From positions 33,990 to 97,989 of the forward strand of contig DHQI01000106.1 of NCBI GenBank assembly GCA_002408065.1: a DNA stretch of 64,000 bases. The letters run 5' to 3'. A program made the position numbers and the translations under genes. This DNA is from Bacteroidales bacterium UBA5342 (GTDB lineage: Bacteria > Bacteroidota > Bacteroidia > Bacteroidales > UBA5342). Numbering within the stretch: the first letter of the stretch is position 1; each line of letters opens with the position of its first letter. The notes under the pieces were generated by a model. It saw nothing but the letters and a program-made list of their open reading frames with translations. It was not told where the DNA came from and made no database searches. This document shows positions 59,643 to 64,000 of the stretch, piece after piece.

Positions 59643-60392
59643 ATGAAAAAATATTGTACAACTTTAGTGCTTGTTTTACTCGTAATATTAAGCGCTTGTA
59701 ATAACAGCTCTAAATCTGCTCAAAGTAAAGTCGGTGAAGCAGGTAATGATTCTATTTTAGTACAAAAATCCTATCATAGCAGTGGTGGCTTGTGGAAAGT
59801 AAGCCGTGCAAAAAAAATTGAGATAAACGGCAAAACCAAGTATATGCTGGAAGGTGAGAATCTGGAATATTATAAAACACCTCAAGGTGCCTTGTCTTCG
59901 AAAGCCATTTACAAAGATGGGAAACGGGAAGGTTTGTTTCAGAAGTATTATGCTGAAGGAGAGCTTTATTACGAAGTTAACTATAGCAATGGTAAAATGG
60001 AAGGTGTCAAGAAAAGCTATTATAAAGATGGAAAAGTGATGGCTGAAACTCCTTATAGCAGAGGCTTGATAGGCACCGGAACGGTAGAATACAGTTCGAA
60101 AGGAATAGTGCTGGAAGCTCCGGAACTGAAGGTGTGGAAAGAATACAACGGTTCCGTGCTTACTGTTTATGCCAAAGTGCTGAATAAGGGAAAGAAGACT
60201 TCACGTGTAGAATTTTTTAACGGATTCTTAATTGAAGGAAAGTTTTACCACTCCAACTTGCAAAAGGTGCCGGTAAAGGATGGTGTCGCTCAATTGACAC
60301 TACATAATGCTCCCGATCATGTGGTGATTTCAGCTAAAGTAAAATCTGCCCGCAATAATTATTACTTTTTGACTAAGAGCTTAAAATTGTAG
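59643..60392 (+). CDS. Lipoprotein with MORN-variant (YwqK-like) repeats
   Basis: Lipobox LSAC; repeats YKDGKREGLFQKYY..GELYYEVNYSNGKMEGVKKSYYKDGKV. Confidence 0.7.
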   Translation: MKKYCTTLVLVLLVILSACNNSSKSAQSKVGEAGNDSILVQKSYHSSGGLWKVSRAKKIEINGKTKYMLEGENLEYYKTPQGALSSKAIYKDGKREGLFQKYYAEGELYYEVNYSNGKMEGVKKSYYKDGKVMAETPYSRGLIGTGTVEYSSKGIVLEAPELKVWKEYNGSVLTVYAKVLNKGKKTSRVEFFNGFLIEGKFYHSNLQKVPVKDGVAQLTLHNAPDHVVISAKVKSARNNYYFLTKSLKL

Positions 60393-60620
60393 TTATTATC
60401 TTGATCTACTATTGTGCATATCATAATGGTGATTAATGCTTTTGCTTTTAGGCTTGTTTTTATGTTGTCGTTGAGGAGTTTTTAGTGTTTATAGTATTCA
60501 TTACTGTAAAATGACACCTTTGTTCGCTTTTGATGTATAAGTACAATAACTTGAACGATAGCTGAAATAATGATAGCTTATTAGTGGCTATTTTTGTTGG
60601 TAAATTCAAAGACCAATAAA

Positions 60621-61526
60621 ATGTTTAAACCAGCTCTCTCTATTTTATTGTTTTTACTCTGTGGTAATAATCTGTTATTAGCTAAGAATCCCATTGTTCG
60701 TCATATCCGTACGGCAGATCCGTCTGCGCATGTGTGGCACGATGGTAAAGTGTGGATGTACACCTCGCACGATATGGATACCGCCACTACTTATGATAGT
60801 ATGGATGGTTATCATGCTTTTTCGTCCACCGACATGGTGAACTGGACTGACCATGGTGAAATACTTCATTCCTGCCATATTTCTTGGGGAGCAGAAGCTT
60901 TGATGTGGGCGCCTACCGCTATTTATAAGAATGATAAGTATTATTTAATCTACCCTCATTCGGCCGATGGTACACGCAATATGCGCTGTGGTATAGCTGT
61001 TAGCGATGTGCCCGAAGGTCCTTTCAAAGATATTGGTTGGATAGAAGGGGTCAAAGGTCGTTGGTTAGATCCTTGTGTTTTTATGGATGATGAAGGCAGT
61101 GTTTACTTGTATTGGGGGGTGAACCAACCAAAAGTAGCACGTTTAAGTGATGACTTAATGACATTGGCTGAATCCCCGCAAGTTGTGGAATATGGTAGCG
61201 ACAACTTTTTTGAAGCCAGCTATATGCACAAATACAAAGGAAAGTACTATTACTCTTATAGCGCTCGTCGTGGTGGTTTTTATGGTATTGGAGATTCTCC
61301 TTATGGTCCTTTTGAGTTCAAAGGGGCAGTAAATCCATCTCAAAAGCAAGATCATCACTCTATGCTGGAGTATAAAGGGCAATGGTATTTCTTTTACCAT
61401 GTTCAGGACTGGAACGGTGGAACCGGCAAGCGTCGCAATGTATGTGTTGAATATCTGTACTATAATCCGGATGGTGATATTCAGCCTGTTTTTCCTACAG
61501 AAAAAGGAGTCAAGGGGCTATTTTGA
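60621..61526 (+). CDS. GH43-family glycoside hydrolase
   Basis: Signal peptide; NPIVRHIRTADPSAHVWHDGKVWMYTSHD, WAPTAIYKNDKYYLIY, LDPCVFMDDEG, FEASYMHKYKGKYYYSYS five-bladed propeller motifs. Confidence 0.85.
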   Translation: MFKPALSILLFLLCGNNLLLAKNPIVRHIRTADPSAHVWHDGKVWMYTSHDMDTATTYDSMDGYHAFSSTDMVNWTDHGEILHSCHISWGAEALMWAPTAIYKNDKYYLIYPHSADGTRNMRCGIAVSDVPEGPFKDIGWIEGVKGRWLDPCVFMDDEGSVYLYWGVNQPKVARLSDDLMTLAESPQVVEYGSDNFFEASYMHKYKGKYYYSYSARRGGFYGIGDSPYGPFEFKGAVNPSQKQDHHSMLEYKGQWYFFYHVQDWNGGTGKRRNVCVEYLYYNPDGDIQPVFPTEKGVKGLF

Positions 61527-61677
61527 GCAATATAGAGTATAATTTACTTACCGTTATTATATTTTAGTATAGATTGTTTTATTCAGCTGTTGGGGTAATC
61601 CAATAGTTAGAATCAAATACTTACTTGTTCTTCTTGTCAAAGGATAGATATTTAGTTATATAATAATAAATAAAACA

Positions 61678-63528
61678 ATGAAATTTTTACAATTGTCAGC
61701 TTTGTTGCTGATGCTGTTTGCCTCTTGTGCAAAAGCCGAAACAGAATTCCCCAACATCTTGTGGATTACCAGTGAAGATAATAGCCCGTTTTTGGGCTGC
61801 TATGGTGATGATTTTGCACGAACGCCGAACCTGGATCAAATGGCTGCGGATGGTTTTCTTTACACCCATGCCTATGCTAATGCACCGGTATGTGCCCCGG
61901 CCCGTAACACCATTGCATCAGGTATCTATGCCAGTTCGGGTGGTCACTCTAATATGCGTAGCTATTACCCGCGTGGTGCAGGAGTTGAATTCCATATGGA
62001 AACATTGAAGAAAATAGGTTACTACTGTACTAATGCTTATAAAACTGATTACAACACTAATGTGAAAGGCGAAGTGTGGGATGAATGTGGTAAAAACGCA
62101 CATTATAAAAATGCTCCGGATGGGAAGCCTTGGTTTGCAATATTTAATTTTACCCGGTCGCACGAGAGTAGTATTCATCAGCAGTTAGCAGATGATGAGC
62201 TTACGTTTGATAAAGAAAACGTTCCTATTGCTCCTTATCATCCGCGTACCGAAGATATGAAACACGACTGGGCTCAGTATTATCAACGTGTGAATCAGAT
62301 GGATGCTCTTGTGGGTGAAAAATTAAAAGAATTGGAAGAATCCGGTATGGCAGATAACACTATTGTCTTTTACTATGGCGACCATGGTGGTGTATTGGCA
62401 CGTAGTAAGCGTTACCTTTATGAAACAGGTACCCGAGTTCCTTTCATCGTTCGTATTCCGAAAAAGTATAAAAATCTATGGCCAAATAAAAAGACCGGTA
62501 CTCAGGTTGATCGTTTGGTCAGTTTTGTCGATTTGTTTCCTACCCTGTTAGAAATCGTAGGTGAAGAAAAACCAGAACGTCTGCAAGGCGAAGCGTTTTT
62601 AGGTGAAAAAATAAGCCCTGATCCGGAATATGCCTATATGTTTCGTGACCGTATGGATGAATGGTACGATATGTGCCGTGCTGTACGTTCGGAGAAATAC
62701 CGCTATATCCGCAACTATATGCCGCACCGTATTTACGGCTTGCATATTGAGTATTTATTCAGAGCTCACTCGCTACAGTCGTGGGAAGTGGCTTATAAAA
62801 ATGGGGAATGTAACGAAGTACAGAGCCGTTTTTGGGAGCCTAAACCGAGTGAAGAACTTTACGATACCGAAAATGATCCTTGGGAAATTAATAATTTGGC
62901 CAATGACCCGGCATATGCAGATGTGCTAAAAGAAATGAGGGAAGCGAATAAATCGTGGGTGAAAAAAATCAAGGATACAGGATTTGTGCCAGAGGATGAG
63001 CGCCTGATTTTAGCTGATGGAGTGCCCTTGTATGATTATTTCCATAGTGGCGCATTGCCTATGGATGACATTATAGATGCAGCAGATTTAGCATCTATGG
63101 GGCAAAAAGAAAACCTGGCTCAGATAAAAACCTTCCTTAAATCGGAGGTCTCAGCTATTCGTTATTGGGGGGCTACAGGTTTATTAATTTTAGGTCAAGA
63201 GGCTGCTGGTACTGTCAATGAGTTGAAAAATGCCGTAAATGACCCCTCGGTAAGTGTTGCTGTGGTGGCTTCCGAAGCGCTTTATAAGCTCGGTTATAAA
63301 GAGGAAGCCTACAAAGGGTTCACCCGTGCCTTAAGGACAGACCGTGAGTTTGCTCAGACTCTTGTCTATAACTCTATTTTCTTAGTGGATGATCAAAGTG
63401 ATGTGATGAAAAAAGAGGTTTTATCTGCTTATGACCGTTTGGGCAAAGCCGATCGTAAAAAGTATAATTACCGTGGTGCCTTAGATTTGATAACGAAATG
63501 GGGCTTGGAGGTGGAACCTTTGAAATAA
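61678..63528 (+). CDS. Sulfatase (formylglycine-dependent) with C-terminal HEAT-like repeat extension
   Basis: NILWITSEDNSP, CAPARNT (CxPxR), GDHGG; last about 150 aa helical repeats (IRYWGATGLLILG..., VAVVASEALYKLG). Confidence 0.88.
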   Translation: MKFLQLSALLLMLFASCAKAETEFPNILWITSEDNSPFLGCYGDDFARTPNLDQMAADGFLYTHAYANAPVCAPARNTIASGIYASSGGHSNMRSYYPRGAGVEFHMETLKKIGYYCTNAYKTDYNTNVKGEVWDECGKNAHYKNAPDGKPWFAIFNFTRSHESSIHQQLADDELTFDKENVPIAPYHPRTEDMKHDWAQYYQRVNQMDALVGEKLKELEESGMADNTIVFYYGDHGGVLARSKRYLYETGTRVPFIVRIPKKYKNLWPNKKTGTQVDRLVSFVDLFPTLLEIVGEEKPERLQGEAFLGEKISPDPEYAYMFRDRMDEWYDMCRAVRSEKYRYIRNYMPHRIYGLHIEYLFRAHSLQSWEVAYKNGECNEVQSRFWEPKPSEELYDTENDPWEINNLANDPAYADVLKEMREANKSWVKKIKDTGFVPEDERLILADGVPLYDYFHSGALPMDDIIDAADLASMGQKENLAQIKTFLKSEVSAIRYWGATGLLILGQEAAGTVNELKNAVNDPSVSVAVVASEALYKLGYKEEAYKGFTRALRTDREFAQTLVYNSIFLVDDQSDVMKKEVLSAYDRLGKADRKKYNYRGALDLITKWGLEVEPLK

Positions 63529-63771
63529 ATATTTAGAGTTAAGGTGTATTGTCTACATACTTATTAAGCCCAGGCTCCCTTGTACGATATTGTCCATGGG
63601 GGCTTTTTTTATACCTTGCTACCATCCTGATAAAAATGAGTTATATCTTATAATTTGAGTAATATGTTCAATTATGGTGGATATTTGCGATAAATTGACT
63701 CATATTTTGGATTTCCAACGGGTTTCTCATTTTAGTTTTGCATTCGATGAATTTTGTAAACAAATAAAAAG

Positions 63772-64000
63772 ATGATAAAAAAAATATTTTTAATTGGAGC
63801 TACGGCATTTTTGCTCGGAGCTTGTACGTCGGGCGATGAATTACTCTACAAGCAAAAAGATGCACCTGTAGAAGAGCGTGTGGAAGATCTCTTGTCACGT
63901 ATGACATTGGAGGAAAAAGTGGGACAAATGCGTATGTTTCATGCCAACATTGGTGTGGAATTGGGGGAAGATGGCGAACTGGATTTGTCCGATAAAGTTG
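63772..64000 (+). CDS. GH3 beta-glucosidase-like lipoprotein, 5' partial (runs off window)
   Basis: Lipobox LGAC; VEERVEDLLSRMTLEEKVGQM typical GH3 N-terminus. Confidence 0.6.
   Translation, partial: MIKKIFLIGATAFLLGACTSGDELLYKQKDAPVEERVEDLLSRMTLEEKVGQMRMFHANIGVELGEDGELDLSDKV

Overview
The window is a chromosomal segment from a Bacteroidota genome. SusC/SusD genes, T9SS C-terminal sorting domains, lipoprotein signal peptides and absent Shine-Dalgarno sequences all point that way.

**Layout by coordinate**
- 0-15.5 kb, housekeeping: a DUF6089-like OMP, uppS, bamA, ompH, a lone cobQ, a RAYT-type HUH transposase flanked by its own REP-like hairpins, metF, proS and aceE-aceF-lpdA.
- 15.6-18.7 kb, AT-rich accessory islet: an AAA+/DUF4143 ATPase bracketed by a 23-bp-phased repeat array, an apparently disrupted gene remnant and a lipoprotein.
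- 18.7-28.3 kb, minus strand: a complete trp operon, trpE-G-D-C-(BCAT)-F-B-(polytopic membrane protein)-A. It is preceded by an unannotated 18-codon leader peptide with three consecutive Trp codons and an intrinsic terminator.
- 28.5-30.6 kb: a LytTR response regulator and its histidine kinase.
- 30.7-56.3 kb, starch/maltodextrin utilisation locus: LacI regulator, MFS transporter, beta-phosphoglucomutase, GH97, GH65 maltose phosphorylase, CotH-like lipoprotein, T9SS-secreted GH13, a T9SS companion protein, susC, susD, a susE/F-like gene and two more GH13 genes. A higBA toxin-antitoxin pair is embedded in it, and three copies of a CAAACGTTTGCGGAG operator-like motif occur in it.
- 56.3-59.6 kb, scrambled junction: an inverted trpA 3' fragment, a 43-bp inverted-repeat pair, a GntR regulator and fucU.
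- 59.6-64 kb: a MORN-repeat lipoprotein, GH43, a sulfatase and a partial GH3.

I saw no rRNA, tRNA or CRISPR array. I found no obviously novel multi-gene system. The most notable items are the trp attenuator, the repeat-bracketed ATPase, the REP/RAYT unit, a nested 190-bp palindrome, the trpA-fragment inverted duplication and the unusual passengers (CotH, higBA) in the starch locus. All calls come from reading the sequence and motif recognition; no database search was run.
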